Below, piece by piece: positions 1-11,113 of a stretch of 64,000 nucleotides of DNA. Location: assembly GCF_050920415.1 (NCBI RefSeq), contig NZ_CP169309.1, one strand, 5' to 3'. The DNA comes from Escherichia coli (lineage in GTDB: Bacteria; Pseudomonadota; Gammaproteobacteria; Enterobacterales; Enterobacteriaceae). How positions within the stretch are numbered: position 1 is the stretch's first letter; each line of letters begins with the position of its first letter. The position numbers were made by a program, and so were the translations under genes. Under the pieces are notes generated by a model, which had not been told where the DNA came from, did not search any database, and saw only the letters and a program-made list of their open reading frames with translations.

Positions 1-41
1 TCGACGGCGGCTTAAGTATGCCGCGCTTCTGAGGCTGAATC

Positions 42-884
42 ATGAGAGATCTGTTACAACGCCCGGATTTATTCAGTATCAATACTGCGACACTGGGCTA
101 TAAAACGCCGCTACCTGCCATTATTGATGCCTGCGCCGCACGCGGTATTGGCGCGATTGCCCCCTGGCGCAGGGAGTTGCAGGGTGAAGATCTCCAGCAA
201 ATCGCCCGCCAGCTTGCTGCCAGTAACATGAGCGTTTCCGGTTTGTGTCGTAGCACCTATTACACCGCGCCGACGCTGACGGAACGCAAACTGGCGATTG
301 ATGATAACCGCCGGGCGCTGGACGACGCCGCTGTACTGAACGCCGCCTGTTATATGCAGGTGGTTGGCGGTCTGCCAATGGGAACAAAAGATCTGTACGA
401 AGCACGGGAACAGGTGAAACAAGGGATTCGCCAGTTGCTGCCACATTCGAAAGAGGTCGGCGTGCCAATTGCACTGGAGCCACTGCACCCGATGACTGCT
501 GCCGATCGTTCTTGTCTGTGCACATTACGTCAGGCGCTGGACTGGTGTGATGAACTCGATCCCGATGGCGAATTTGGCCTCGGCGTGGCGGTAGATGTCT
601 ACCATGTCTGGTGGGACCCGGATCTCGCCAGTCAGATCCTGCGTGCCGGAAAACGCATCCTCGCGTTTCATGTTTCCGACTGGCTGGTGCCAACCACCGA
701 TTTAGTCAATGATCGGGGAATGCCGGGAGATGGCGTCATTAATATTCCCTCTATTCGTCGGCTGGTTGAAAACGCCGGATTTAATGGCGCTATTGAACTG
801 GAAATATTCTCGCCGTACTGGTGGCAGAAAGATATTAACAGCACGCTGGATATTAGCGTCGATCGCATCGCGCATTATTGCTAA
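42..884 (+). CDS. sugar-phosphate isomerase/epimerase-like TIM-barrel protein (xylose-isomerase-like fold), 280 aa
   Basis: ORF 42-884 with GAGG 7 nt upstream of ATG. Motifs such as AFHVSDW and IELEIFSP fit the xylose-isomerase-like TIM barrel family. In-frame stop at 30-32 excludes a longer N-terminus. First gene of a tightly packed plus-strand operon. Confidence 0.7.
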   Translation: MRDLLQRPDLFSINTATLGYKTPLPAIIDACAARGIGAIAPWRRELQGEDLQQIARQLAASNMSVSGLCRSTYYTAPTLTERKLAIDDNRRALDDAAVLNAACYMQVVGGLPMGTKDLYEAREQVKQGIRQLLPHSKEVGVPIALEPLHPMTAADRSCLCTLRQALDWCDELDPDGEFGLGVAVDVYHVWWDPDLASQILRAGKRILAFHVSDWLVPTTDLVNDRGMPGDGVINIPSIRRLVENAGFNGAIELEIFSPYWWQKDINSTLDISVDRIAHYC

Positions 885-893
885 GGAATGATC

Positions 894-1670
894 ATGAGTG
901 ACCAACCCGTTCTGTTCAGCAGAGCGGCGGCTTCCTGCCGCCTGACATTGAACCGTGAAGATAAATGTCATGCTATTAATGAAGAAATGATCGAATCTCT
1001 CGACCATTATTTAAATGAAATTGAAAACGACACCACATTACGATTAGTCGAATTAACGGCAACCGGCGATAAATTCTTTTGTGCGGGCGGCGATATTAAA
1101 TCGTGGTCAGCCTATTCGCCATTAGATATGGGCAGAAAATGGATTAAACGCGGCAATGACGTTTTTAATCGCCTGCGCAATTTACCTCAATTAACGGTTG
1201 CGAATCTCAACGGTCATACTATCGGCGGTGGTATTGAACTTGCCTTGTGCTGCGATATTCGTATTGCCCGCCCCAGTGCGAAATTCTCTAATCCGGAAGT
1301 AATGCTCGGCATGGTGCCTGGCTGGATGGGCATTGAACGCGTGCTTAATCAGGTCGGTCCGGTGGTCGGTCGCCAGATGCTGATGCTGGGTAAACGCCTG
1401 ACGGCGCAGGAAGCTCAGGCGGCGAATTTAATTGATGAAGTGGTAGAAAAAGAACAGGTGGAAAGCTGGATGGCGAATCAGTTAGCGCAGCTGGAAAAAT
1501 GCGGTCCGGTGGCGCTCGCACATATCAAGCAACTGATTCTGGCTCTAGAAAATAAACATGCTGATTACCCGCACCAGTTACTGGCTGGATTAATGTCCGC
1601 CACTCAGGATTGCCAGCAGGCGACGCGCGCATTTGCCGAAAAAAGTAGCGTGAGCTTCCAAAATCAATAA
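894..1670 (+). CDS. enoyl-CoA hydratase/isomerase (crotonase) family protein, about 258 aa
   Basis: Crotonase-fold motifs FCAGGDIKSW and GHTIGGGIELALCCDIRIA. AAGGA at 883-887 sits 6 nt before the ATG at 894; the ORF-track start at 888 would leave no spacer. Confidence 0.72.
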   Translation: MSDQPVLFSRAAASCRLTLNREDKCHAINEEMIESLDHYLNEIENDTTLRLVELTATGDKFFCAGGDIKSWSAYSPLDMGRKWIKRGNDVFNRLRNLPQLTVANLNGHTIGGGIELALCCDIRIARPSAKFSNPEVMLGMVPGWMGIERVLNQVGPVVGRQMLMLGKRLTAQEAQAANLIDEVVEKEQVESWMANQLAQLEKCGPVALAHIKQLILALENKHADYPHQLLAGLMSATQDCQQATRAFAEKSSVSFQNQ

Positions 1671-1679
1671 GGAAATTGT

Positions 1680-3221
1680 ATGCGTAAGATAACAACCGCC
1701 GAGACACTGGCGGCGCAAATTCAGGACGGCGCAACCATTGCCATTAGCGGTAATGGCGGCGGCATGGTGGAAGCGGACCATATTCTGGCTGCTATTGAAG
1801 CGCGTTTCCTGCAAACCGGACACCCGCGCGATCTGACATTAATCCACTCGCTGGGCATTGGCGATCGCGACTGCAAAGGCACTAACCGCTTCGCTCATGC
1901 AGATATGCTCAAACGCATCATTGCCGGACATTTTACCTGGTCGCCCAAGATGCAGGATCTGGTGAAAAACAATGCTATTGAAGCCTACTGCTTCCCTGGT
2001 GGCGTAATTCAGGCACTGCTGCGGGAGATCGGTGCCGGACGTCCAGGGCTTTTTACCCACGTTGGACTGGGATCGTTTGTTGATCCGCGCAACGGCGGCG
2101 GTAAGTCGAACGCCAGCACCACTGAGGATCTGGTAGAACTGATTGAAATCGACGGTGAAACCAAACTTCGTTATCGCCCTTTCAAAGTGGATTACGCGAT
2201 TTTGCGTGGCACTTATGCTGATCCGCGTGGCAACGTCAGCCTCGAAGAAGAGGCGATTGATATGGATAGCTATTCCATGGCGCTGGCAGCACACAACAGC
2301 GGCGGCAAAGTGTTCGTACAGGTGCGCGATGTGCTGGAAGCTGGTGCCATTGAACCACGCCGGGTCAAATTACCGGGCATTCTGGTTGATGGCATCGTTG
2401 AACACCGCGAACAACCACAAACCTATCTTGGCGGTTACGATCTGACCATTAGCGGTCAGCATCGCCGTCTAAGTTCTAACGACGCAATTGAACTGGTTAG
2501 TCATCCGGTGCGCCGCCTGATTGCCCGTCGGGCAGCACGCGAACTGGTAGCTGGCGCTTCAACCAACTTTGGCTTTGGCATTCCCGGCGGCATTCCTGGG
2601 GTTGCACTGCGCGAAGGCGTGCCTTATCAAAGTTTATGGCTGAGCGTCGAGCAAGGCGTGCATAACGGTATGATGCTGGATGATGCTCTGTTCGGCTGCG
2701 CCCGTAACGCCGATGCCATTATTCCATCACTCGATCAATTCGAATTCTACAGTGGCGGAGGGATCGATATCACCTTCCTCGGCATGGGAGAGATGGATCA
2801 GCATGGTAACGTCAACGTCTCCCATCTCAATGGCAATCTCATTGGCCCCGGCGGATTTCTCGAAATTGCGCAAAACGCCCGTAAAGTGGTGTTCTGTGGC
2901 ACGTTCGACGCCAAAGGTAGCAAGATTGATGTAACACCAGATGGCTTGCATATCGCCCAGTCAGGTCAAATCCCTAAACTGGTTACCCAGGTGGAAAAAA
3001 TCACTTTTAGCGCCGCCTACGCACAGCAAAGCGGTCAGGAAGTGTTGTATATCACTGAACGTGCAGTATTCCAGTTAACGGCAGAAGGCGTTGAATTAAT
3101 TGAAATCGCGCCGGGTGTGGAGATTGAACGCGACATTCTGCCGCATATGGCTTTCCGTCCAATTATCAATCAGCCACGCCTGATGGAAAGTAGCCTGTTT
3201 ACGCCGATGGAGGATGCATGA
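1680..3221 (+). CDS. CoA-transferase (family I, acetyl-CoA hydrolase/transferase-like), 513 aa
   Basis: ORF with TAAGGA 6 nt upstream. Size and Gly-rich N-terminal region (ISGNGGGM) resemble YdiF-type acyl-CoA:acetate CoA-transferases. Family call from memory, not searched. Confidence 0.6.
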   Translation: MRKITTAETLAAQIQDGATIAISGNGGGMVEADHILAAIEARFLQTGHPRDLTLIHSLGIGDRDCKGTNRFAHADMLKRIIAGHFTWSPKMQDLVKNNAIEAYCFPGGVIQALLREIGAGRPGLFTHVGLGSFVDPRNGGGKSNASTTEDLVELIEIDGETKLRYRPFKVDYAILRGTYADPRGNVSLEEEAIDMDSYSMALAAHNSGGKVFVQVRDVLEAGAIEPRRVKLPGILVDGIVEHREQPQTYLGGYDLTISGQHRRLSSNDAIELVSHPVRRLIARRAARELVAGASTNFGFGIPGGIPGVALREGVPYQSLWLSVEQGVHNGMMLDDALFGCARNADAIIPSLDQFEFYSGGGIDITFLGMGEMDQHGNVNVSHLNGNLIGPGGFLEIAQNARKVVFCGTFDAKGSKIDVTPDGLHIAQSGQIPKLVTQVEKITFSAAYAQQSGQEVLYITERAVFQLTAEGVELIEIAPGVEIERDILPHMAFRPIINQPRLMESSLFTPMEDA

Positions 3222-5299
3222 GTCAGCTTGATGACACCCTCCTTGATGCGCTGACGCACGTCACTTTCCCGAAGGGTTTTGTGTCAGCAGAGCCAGCGTC
3301 AATTGTCACGGTTGAAGATGTCGATTACCCGATCTGGCAAGTTGATGCGCTAGTCGTTGGTAGCGGCGCGGCAGGGCTGCGCGCAGCGGTTGAACTTAAG
3401 CGCCGCCAGCAAAATGTGCTGATCGCCACCGCCGGGTTATATATGGGGACATCGGCATGTTCTGGTTCCGATAAACAGACGCTGTTTACCGCCGCTACCG
3501 CGGGCAACGGCGATAACTTCGCTAAACTGGCGGAAGCACTGGCGAGCGGTGGGGCGATGGATCACGACACCGCTTATGTCGAAGCGGTAGGTTCTCTGCA
3601 CACTCTTGGCGGGTTGCAATATCTTGGTCTGGAATTACCGGAAGATCGCTATGGCGCAATTCTTCGTTATCAAACCGACCATGACGAAGCCGGGCGAGCA
3701 ACCTCGTGTGGGCCGCGTACTTCTCGCCTAATGGTGAAAGTATTGCTGGAGGAAGTGCAGCGTCTTGCCATACCACTACTGACCAGTGCAACGGTGATTA
3801 AGCTCCTGCATCAGCACGGAGAGAATGGCGAAGATCGCGTTGCGGGGGCTATTCTCGCAACCGGTTCCCGCGCCTATAACCCTTGGGGGCTGGCTATTGT
3901 GACGGCGCCCAATGTGGTACTGGCAACGGGCGGACCGGGCGAGCTTTATCGCGACAGTGTTTATCCACATAAATGCTTCGGCTCGCTGGGGCTGGCGCTG
4001 GAAGAAGGTCTGACGCTAACCAATCTGACCGAAAGCCAGTTTGGTATAGGCACGCCGCGCAGCACGTTTCCGTGGAATTTGTCCGGCACCTATGTACAGG
4101 TGATCCCATATATCTATTCCGTGGATGCCGGGGGCAACGAGTATAACTTCCTCGCAGATTACTATCGCACCACCCAGGAGCTGGCTTCAAACATCTTCCG
4201 TAAAGGCTATCAGTGGCCGTTTCACGCCACACGAGTGATGGATTTTGGCTCCAGCTTGTTAGATATGGCAGTAGCGCAAGAGCAGCAATCAGGGCGTCAG
4301 GTATTTATGGATTTCAATCGCAATCCTGAACCTGTGCCGGGTGACCTGCCGTTCTCATTAGATCGACTGGACGACGACGTTCGCGCGTATCTGGAAAATA
4401 ACGACGCTCTGGCACCATCGCCCATCGAACGACTGCAACGAATGAATCCGCTGTCTATCTCGCTGTATAAGATGCACGGTTACGATCTCACCACGCAGCC
4501 ATTGCAGTTTGCCATGAATAATCAGCATATGAATGGCGGCATTGAAGTGGATATCTGGGGGCAAACCTCCCTGTCCGGCTGTTTCGCCGTGGGGGAAGTT
4601 GCTGGCACACACGGCGTCACTCGCCCTGGTGGTGCGGCATTGAATGCCGGGCAGGTTTTTGCTGTTCGTCTGGCACGTTTTATTGGTTGCACGCAAAAGC
4701 GGTCCGTTGAGGATGATGTCGCGCAGCTAGTAGCCTCACCTCTGCATACAATCAGAGAAGTTATCGCTCAGGCACTGGCAAACGAGAACGGAATGACGCT
4801 GGCAACGGTAAAAGAAAAAATCCAGGCGCGAATGTCTGATTACGCGGGATTTATTTGCCATGCTGATAAAGTTCGTCACGCCGCCCGTGACGCCATGCTG
4901 TTAAATGAATTTGCGCAGCAACATGGTCTAACTATCAACCACGCCGGTGAAATTGCCGAGCTATTTATGTGGCGGCATATGGCATTAACATCCGCTGCGG
5001 TGTTAAGCCAGCTATCACATTATATTGATGCTGGCGGTGGTAGTCGTGGAGCGCGGATGATTATTGATCCACAAGGAGAATATCTTCCACAAACTCGTCG
5101 CGGCGCAATCGAAGATTGGCGTTTTCGCTCTGAACAAGCTGAAGATAAAAATCACAGACTAACTCTCTCCTTTTCACAAGGTTTATTTATTAATGAAATT
5201 AAGTTCTTGAGAAACTTACCGCATATTAAAGGTATTTACTTTGAGAAGAATTGGCCTGATTTTCTTAACGGAACAATTTATCAGACACGGCATGAATAA
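3218..5299 (+). CDS. FAD-dependent oxidoreductase, fumarate-reductase/succinate-dehydrogenase flavoprotein-like fold, 693 aa
   Basis: Start overlaps the upstream stop (ATGA) with GGAGGA RBS. Dinucleotide-binding motif VVGSGAAGLRAAVEL near the N-terminus and an ATGGPGELY segment typical of FAD-binding-2 enzymes. No signal peptide; the last ~250 aa are not recognisable. Confidence 0.62.
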   Translation: MSQLDDTLLDALTHVTFPKGFVSAEPASIVTVEDVDYPIWQVDALVVGSGAAGLRAAVELKRRQQNVLIATAGLYMGTSACSGSDKQTLFTAATAGNGDNFAKLAEALASGGAMDHDTAYVEAVGSLHTLGGLQYLGLELPEDRYGAILRYQTDHDEAGRATSCGPRTSRLMVKVLLEEVQRLAIPLLTSATVIKLLHQHGENGEDRVAGAILATGSRAYNPWGLAIVTAPNVVLATGGPGELYRDSVYPHKCFGSLGLALEEGLTLTNLTESQFGIGTPRSTFPWNLSGTYVQVIPYIYSVDAGGNEYNFLADYYRTTQELASNIFRKGYQWPFHATRVMDFGSSLLDMAVAQEQQSGRQVFMDFNRNPEPVPGDLPFSLDRLDDDVRAYLENNDALAPSPIERLQRMNPLSISLYKMHGYDLTTQPLQFAMNNQHMNGGIEVDIWGQTSLSGCFAVGEVAGTHGVTRPGGAALNAGQVFAVRLARFIGCTQKRSVEDDVAQLVASPLHTIREVIAQALANENGMTLATVKEKIQARMSDYAGFICHADKVRHAARDAMLLNEFAQQHGLTINHAGEIAELFMWRHMALTSAAVLSQLSHYIDAGGGSRGARMIIDPQGEYLPQTRRGAIEDWRFRSEQAEDKNHRLTLSFSQGLFINEIKFLRNLPHIKGIYFEKNWPDFLNGTIYQTRHE

Positions 5300-5319
5300 T
5301 ATTGCAAAGGTTAATCACT

Positions 5320-5796
5320 ATGCGAAATATAATCAGATCTATTAATTCATTGCTTTCCACATTGAACATTACCATTTTGGCAATTATTGTGATGTGCGTT
5401 ACATGGCAAGTAGTAGCACGATTTATCTTTAAAAGCCCCAGCATTTTTACAGATGAACTTAGTCGTTTACTATTTATTTGTCTTGGACTTTTTGGTGGTG
5501 CTTATACTGCCGGACAAAACCGACATCTGGCCATTGATCTTCTGCCAATGATGCTAAAAGGAAAATCCCGACGTTATTTATTCTTATGTATTCAGGCCAT
5601 TGTTATTCTTTTTGCCTCTATCATTATGGTTTATGGTGGCGGGTTATTAACACTGGACACATTTGATTCAGGGCAAACTTCTCCGGCTTTAGGCTGGCAG
5701 ATGGGATATATTTACATGAGCATTCCAATAAGTGGCATCCTTATTATTATATACACCATAGATACAGTTTTAACCGAACTTAAACAACCACTCTAA
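5320..5796 (+). CDS. TRAP transporter small permease (DctQ-like), about 158 aa
   Basis: Small hydrophobic multi-TM protein immediately upstream of DctM-like and DctP-like genes. ATG at 5320 with AAAGG 9 nt upstream is preferred over the TTG at 5302. AT-rich coding sequence. Confidence 0.6.
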   Translation: MRNIIRSINSLLSTLNITILAIIVMCVTWQVVARFIFKSPSIFTDELSRLLFICLGLFGGAYTAGQNRHLAIDLLPMMLKGKSRRYLFLCIQAIVILFASIIMVYGGGLLTLDTFDSGQTSPALGWQMGYIYMSIPISGILIIIYTIDTVLTELKQPL

Positions 5797-5818
5797 AATA
5801 AGTAGGGATGGAGAAAAC

Positions 5819-7120
5819 ATGGATTACTGGTTACCGATCATTGTGTTATTTGGTGCTTTCTTTTTTATGTTGGCATTAGGTGTTCCTATTGTCTATGCTA
5901 TTGGTTTATCAACACTGGCATCAATTACTACACAACTCGATTTCAACTCAGCGTTAAGTGTGGTTTCCCAAAAGTTAGCCTCCGGGTTAGATAGTTTTAC
6001 GTTGTTGGCAATCCCATTTTTTATTTTGTCTGGCAACATTATGAATCACGGAGGAATAGCGCGACGATTAATCAACTTTGCCCGAATTCTCGGCGGTCGT
6101 CTGCCAGGCTCACTTGCCCACTGTAATATTCTTGCCAATATGCTGTTCGGGGCAATTTCTGGTTCAGCCGTGGCTTCGGCGGCTGCGATGGGCGGCGTCA
6201 TGCATCCGCAACAGGTTAAAGAGGGCTACGACCCGGCATTCAGTACTGCAGTTAACGTTGCCTCTGCCCCGACGGGTTTGCTTATTCCACCCAGTAATAC
6301 GTTAATCGTCTATTCACTGGTCAGTGGTGGTACTTCTATTGCCGCACTGTTCCTGGCAGGATATGTCCCGGGAATTTTATTGGGCCTGGCGCTGATGACT
6401 GTGGCTGGTATTATCGCGGTACGCCGGGGTTATCCAAAACCAGAACGTCCGACTTTGCGCCAGGCTGGAGTGGCAATATGGATGGCGATCCCCAGTATTT
6501 TCCTGATTGTATTAATTATGGGTGGTGTACTAAGCGGTATTTTTACCCCGACAGAAGCATCTGCAATTGCGGTAATTTATACCCTTTTCCTTGCACTGGT
6601 TCTTTATCGTGAAATATCAGTTAAAGATTTACCTAAGATATTTCTGGAGTCCGTCATTACCACTGCAATTGTCTTGTTGTTAATTGGTTCTTCAATGGGA
6701 ATGTCATGGGCAATGTCAAACGCTGACGTTCCCTTCCTGATTCTCGATTTGCTTAACACTATTTCTGACAATCCAATAATCATCCTGCTTATTATCAATA
6801 TTATCCTGTTGATTATCGGCACATTTATGGATATGACACCGGCAGTACTGATTTTTACGCCGATATTTTTACCCGTTGTCACCGAACTGGGTATGGACCC
6901 GATTCACTTTGGTATTGTCATGGTACTGAACATGTGTATCGGTATTTGTACTCCGCCTGTAGGCAGTGTGTTATTTGTCGGTTGTAGTGTATCTAAATTA
7001 CCGATTAATAAAATTATCAAACCTATGCTGCCATTCTATGCCGTGATGGTATTGGTGCTGGCAATGGTTACCTATATTCCGCAAATCAGTATGGCATTGC
7101 CAAGAGCACTGGGCTACTGA
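5819..7120 (+). CDS. TRAP transporter large permease (DctM-like), 433 aa
   Basis: 433-aa polytopic membrane protein with the size and hydrophobicity pattern of DctM-family permeases. GGATGGAG RBS; positioned between Q-like and P-like genes. Confidence 0.7.
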   Translation: MDYWLPIIVLFGAFFFMLALGVPIVYAIGLSTLASITTQLDFNSALSVVSQKLASGLDSFTLLAIPFFILSGNIMNHGGIARRLINFARILGGRLPGSLAHCNILANMLFGAISGSAVASAAAMGGVMHPQQVKEGYDPAFSTAVNVASAPTGLLIPPSNTLIVYSLVSGGTSIAALFLAGYVPGILLGLALMTVAGIIAVRRGYPKPERPTLRQAGVAIWMAIPSIFLIVLIMGGVLSGIFTPTEASAIAVIYTLFLALVLYREISVKDLPKIFLESVITTAIVLLLIGSSMGMSWAMSNADVPFLILDLLNTISDNPIIILLIINIILLIIGTFMDMTPAVLIFTPIFLPVVTELGMDPIHFGIVMVLNMCIGICTPPVGSVLFVGCSVSKLPINKIIKPMLPFYAVMVLVLAMVTYIPQISMALPRALGY

Positions 7121-7172
7121 TATGCATTAACTGGCGGCACCTGCCGCCATATTTATTAGAAAAGGAACATCT

Positions 7173-8144
7173 ATGAAAATAAAAGTATCCGCTGGCATTA
7201 TCGGTGCTGTTCTTATGCTATCCGCAAGCCAGTCCTGGGCAGTAACATTAAAACTTAGCCATAATCAGGATAAATCTCATCCTGTTCATAAAGCGATGGA
7301 GTTCTTTGCGAAAAAGAGCAAAGAGTACTCTAACGGTGATATTACTATTCGTATTTATCCAAATGGAACATTGGGTACTCAACGAGAAACAATGGAGCTG
7401 ATTCGTTCTGGTGCTATTCCGCTGGTAAAAACCAATGCGGCGGAGATGGAAGCCTTCGAGAGTTCGTATAAAATATTTAGCCTGCCTTATTTGTTCCGCG
7501 ATCGTGATCATTATTATCAGGTCATGCAAGGCGATATCGGAAGGAAAATCCTCGACTCAACGAAAAGCAAAGGTTATTTCGGGCTGACTTTCTATGATGG
7601 AGGCGCCCGCAGTTTCTACGGTAATAAACCGGTACTGAAACCAGACGATCTGAAAGGCATGAAAGTCCGTGTCCAGCCAAGTCCTGGCGCAGTTGAAATG
7701 ATCAAAGTCATGGGCGGTAACCCGACGCCACTGGATTACGGCGAGCTGTATACGGCCTTACAGCAGGGCGTGGTCGATATGGCAGAAAACAGCGTGATGG
7801 CACTGACCACTATGCGTCACGGTGAAGTGGCAAAATCCTTTAGCCTTGATGAGCACACCATGGTGCCCGATGTGGTTCTGATGAGTAATGCTGCATTTGA
7901 TAAACTCAGCCCTGAAAATCAGGCAGTTATATTAAAAGCAGCGAAAGAATCGATGAGTTACATGAAGGAGTTATGGAGCGAGCAAGAGAAACAAGAATTT
8001 GCAAAACTGGATAAAATGGGCGTAAAAGTCTACCCGGTTGATAAAGCACCGTTTATCGAGAAAGTACAACCGATGTACGCAAACTTCGCTAAAGATAACC
8101 CTGCCCTTGCCCCAATGCTGGCTGATATTCAGGCGGCTAAGTAA
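7173..8144 (+). CDS. TRAP transporter periplasmic substrate-binding protein (DctP-like), 323 aa
   Basis: N-terminal signal peptide (MKIKVSAGIIGAVLMLSASQSWA), size typical of DctP-family binding proteins, AAAGGA RBS. Last gene of the operon, convergent with rplI. Confidence 0.7.
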   Translation: MKIKVSAGIIGAVLMLSASQSWAVTLKLSHNQDKSHPVHKAMEFFAKKSKEYSNGDITIRIYPNGTLGTQRETMELIRSGAIPLVKTNAAEMEAFESSYKIFSLPYLFRDRDHYYQVMQGDIGRKILDSTKSKGYFGLTFYDGGARSFYGNKPVLKPDDLKGMKVRVQPSPGAVEMIKVMGGNPTPLDYGELYTALQQGVVDMAENSVMALTTMRHGEVAKSFSLDEHTMVPDVVLMSNAAFDKLSPENQAVILKAAKESMSYMKELWSEQEKQEFAKLDKMGVKVYPVDKAPFIEKVQPMYANFAKDNPALAPMLADIQAAK

Positions 8145-8201
8145 TTACCTTCATGGGGCTGCTTATTGTGGCCCTTATCGATATCAGCAAGTGCTCGCTA
8201 T

Positions 8202-8236
8202 AAAAGCAAAACGCCGACCAATGGTCGGCGTTTTTA
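8202..8236. terminator. bidirectional rho-independent terminator between the TRAP operon and rplI
   Basis: Perfect 8-bp stem CGCCGACC/GGTCGGCG (8212-8219 and 8223-8230), flanked by an A-run at 8202-8211 and TTTTT at 8231-8235. Confidence 0.8.
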
Positions 8237-8255
8237 CGTCTCGTTGAATAACGAA

Positions 8256-8717
<462 letters not shown>

Positions 8718-8746
8718 TCAAAGTCGTATTAATGGACCGTGACCGA

Positions 8747-9293
<547 letters not shown>

Positions 9294-9299
9294 CAGAAA

Positions 9300-9713
<414 letters not shown>

Positions 9714-10022
9714 TTATTCAGCCTCCTGTCTGGGTCAGCCGAATCCCGGGGAGGCAAGGAACGTGTTAAAGGTCGGCTGAAAAATGACGCGTTATAGTAC
9801 TGACATACCCCGTTAAACTCAAGGCCAGCCGACAAATAAATCTCATCTTTCACCAAATCGTACTAACACGCTGATTTGAAGTTCATCACACTTCATCATG
9901 GTGTTTTTTTGAACAACTGCATCAGAAATGGTCACCATCAACTTCTTTATCATTGATTAAAATTAAATCAGAAGATCACCACAAGAGGAGAGCACACAAA
10001 GTCAGCCGTCGAGGAGGTATCT

Positions 10023-10298
10023 ATGTTCAGCCGTGTTTTAGCCCTTCTGGCTGTGCTTTTGCTAAGTGCAAATACATGGGCAGCCATTGAAATTAATAAC
10101 CACCAGGCCAGAAATATGGACGATGTGCAAAGCTTAGGCGTGATTTATATCAATCATAATTTCGCCACTGAAAGCGAAGCGCGTCAGGCATTAAATGAAG
10201 AGACAAATGCGCAGGGCGCAACGTACTACCACGTGATTCTGATGCGGGAACCGGGGAGTAACGGCAACATGCACGCCAGCGCGGATATTTATCGCTAG
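10023..10298 (+). CDS. yjfY: DUF1471-family small secreted protein YjfY
   Basis: 91-aa ORF with signal peptide (MFSRVLALLAVLLLSANTWA); GAGGAGG RBS; K-12 position between rpsF and ulaF. Confidence 0.9.
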   Translation: MFSRVLALLAVLLLSANTWAAIEINNHQARNMDDVQSLGVIYINHNFATESEARQALNEETNAQGATYYHVILMREPGSNGNMHASADIYR

Positions 10299-10338
10299 CA
10301 CCAGGTATAACCAACGAAACATTGCCATAGTTTGCTTT

Positions 10339-10363
10339 GCCCCCTTCTCAGGGGGCTTTTTTT
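10339..10363 (+). terminator. rho-independent terminator of yjfY
   Basis: Stem GCCCCC/GGGGGC (10339-10344 and 10351-10356) with a 6-nt loop, followed by TTTTTTT at 10357-10363. Confidence 0.8.
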
Positions 10364-10426
10364 GAAAAACGGCTGCGGACTTAGACCAGTTATCTCCCGA
10401 AGAAGGAAATTTCCGCAGCGCGTGTT

Positions 10427-11113
10427 TTACTTCTGCCCGTAATAGGCGTTAGGACCGTGCTTACGCATGAAGTGTTTATTCATGAGATAGCTGTCGATGT
10501 GATTCAGTTGTGGGTTAATGCCGCGGGCAATCCACGCCATTTTCGCCACTTCTTCCATCACCACCGCGTTATGCACCGCATCGTGAGCATCTTTCCCCCA
10601 GGCGAACGGCCCGTGCTGATACACCACAATTCCCGGCGTATGCAGCGGCTCGGCGTCACCCAGCGTTTCGATAATCACTTTGCCTGTGTTTAGCTCGTAT
10701 TCCCCCTGCACTTCTTCTTCACTTAACCCACGCGTACACGGGATATCGCCAAAGAAGTAGTCAGCATGCGTGGTGCCTAATGCCGGGATCGCCAGCCCCG
10801 CTTGCGCCCATGCGGTGGCATGCGTGGAATGGGTATGGACAATGCCGCCAAGCGACGGATAACGACGGTAGAGTTCAAGATGCGTCGCAGTGTCGGAAGA
10901 CGGACGATACTCCCCTTCCACCACCTTGCCGCTAATATCAACCACCACCATATCGTCTGCTTTCATGGTTTCGTAGGCGACACCGCTGGGCTTGATCACC
11001 ACCAGCCCGCGTTCGCGGTCAATGGCGCTGACGTTACCCCAGGTAAAGGTCACCAGCCCGTAACGCGGCAGATCCATGTTGGCTTCAAATACCTGCTGTT
11101 TCAGCTTTTGCAT
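10427..11113 (-). CDS. ulaF: L-ribulose-5-phosphate 4-epimerase UlaF
   Basis: 228-aa translation [36 protein letters not shown]...; last gene of the ulaABCDEF operon. Confidence 0.95.
   Translation of the reverse strand: MQKLKQQVFEANMDLPRYGLVTFTWGNVSAIDRERGLVVIKPSGVAYETMKADDMVVVDISGKVVEGEYRPSSDTATHLELYRRYPSLGGIVHTHSTHATAWAQAGLAIPALGTTHADYFFGDIPCTRGLSEEEVQGEYELNTGKVIIETLGDAEPLHTPGIVVYQHGPFAWGKDAHDAVHNAVVMEEVAKMAWIARGINPQLNHIDSYLMNKHFMRKHGPNAYYGQK

Noticed and set aside
1-41. Upstream gene fragment or regulator at the left edge
   Set aside because: A reading frame ends at nt 13-15, but 15 nt is far too little to identify; it is noted only as a sign that the operon may extend beyond the window.
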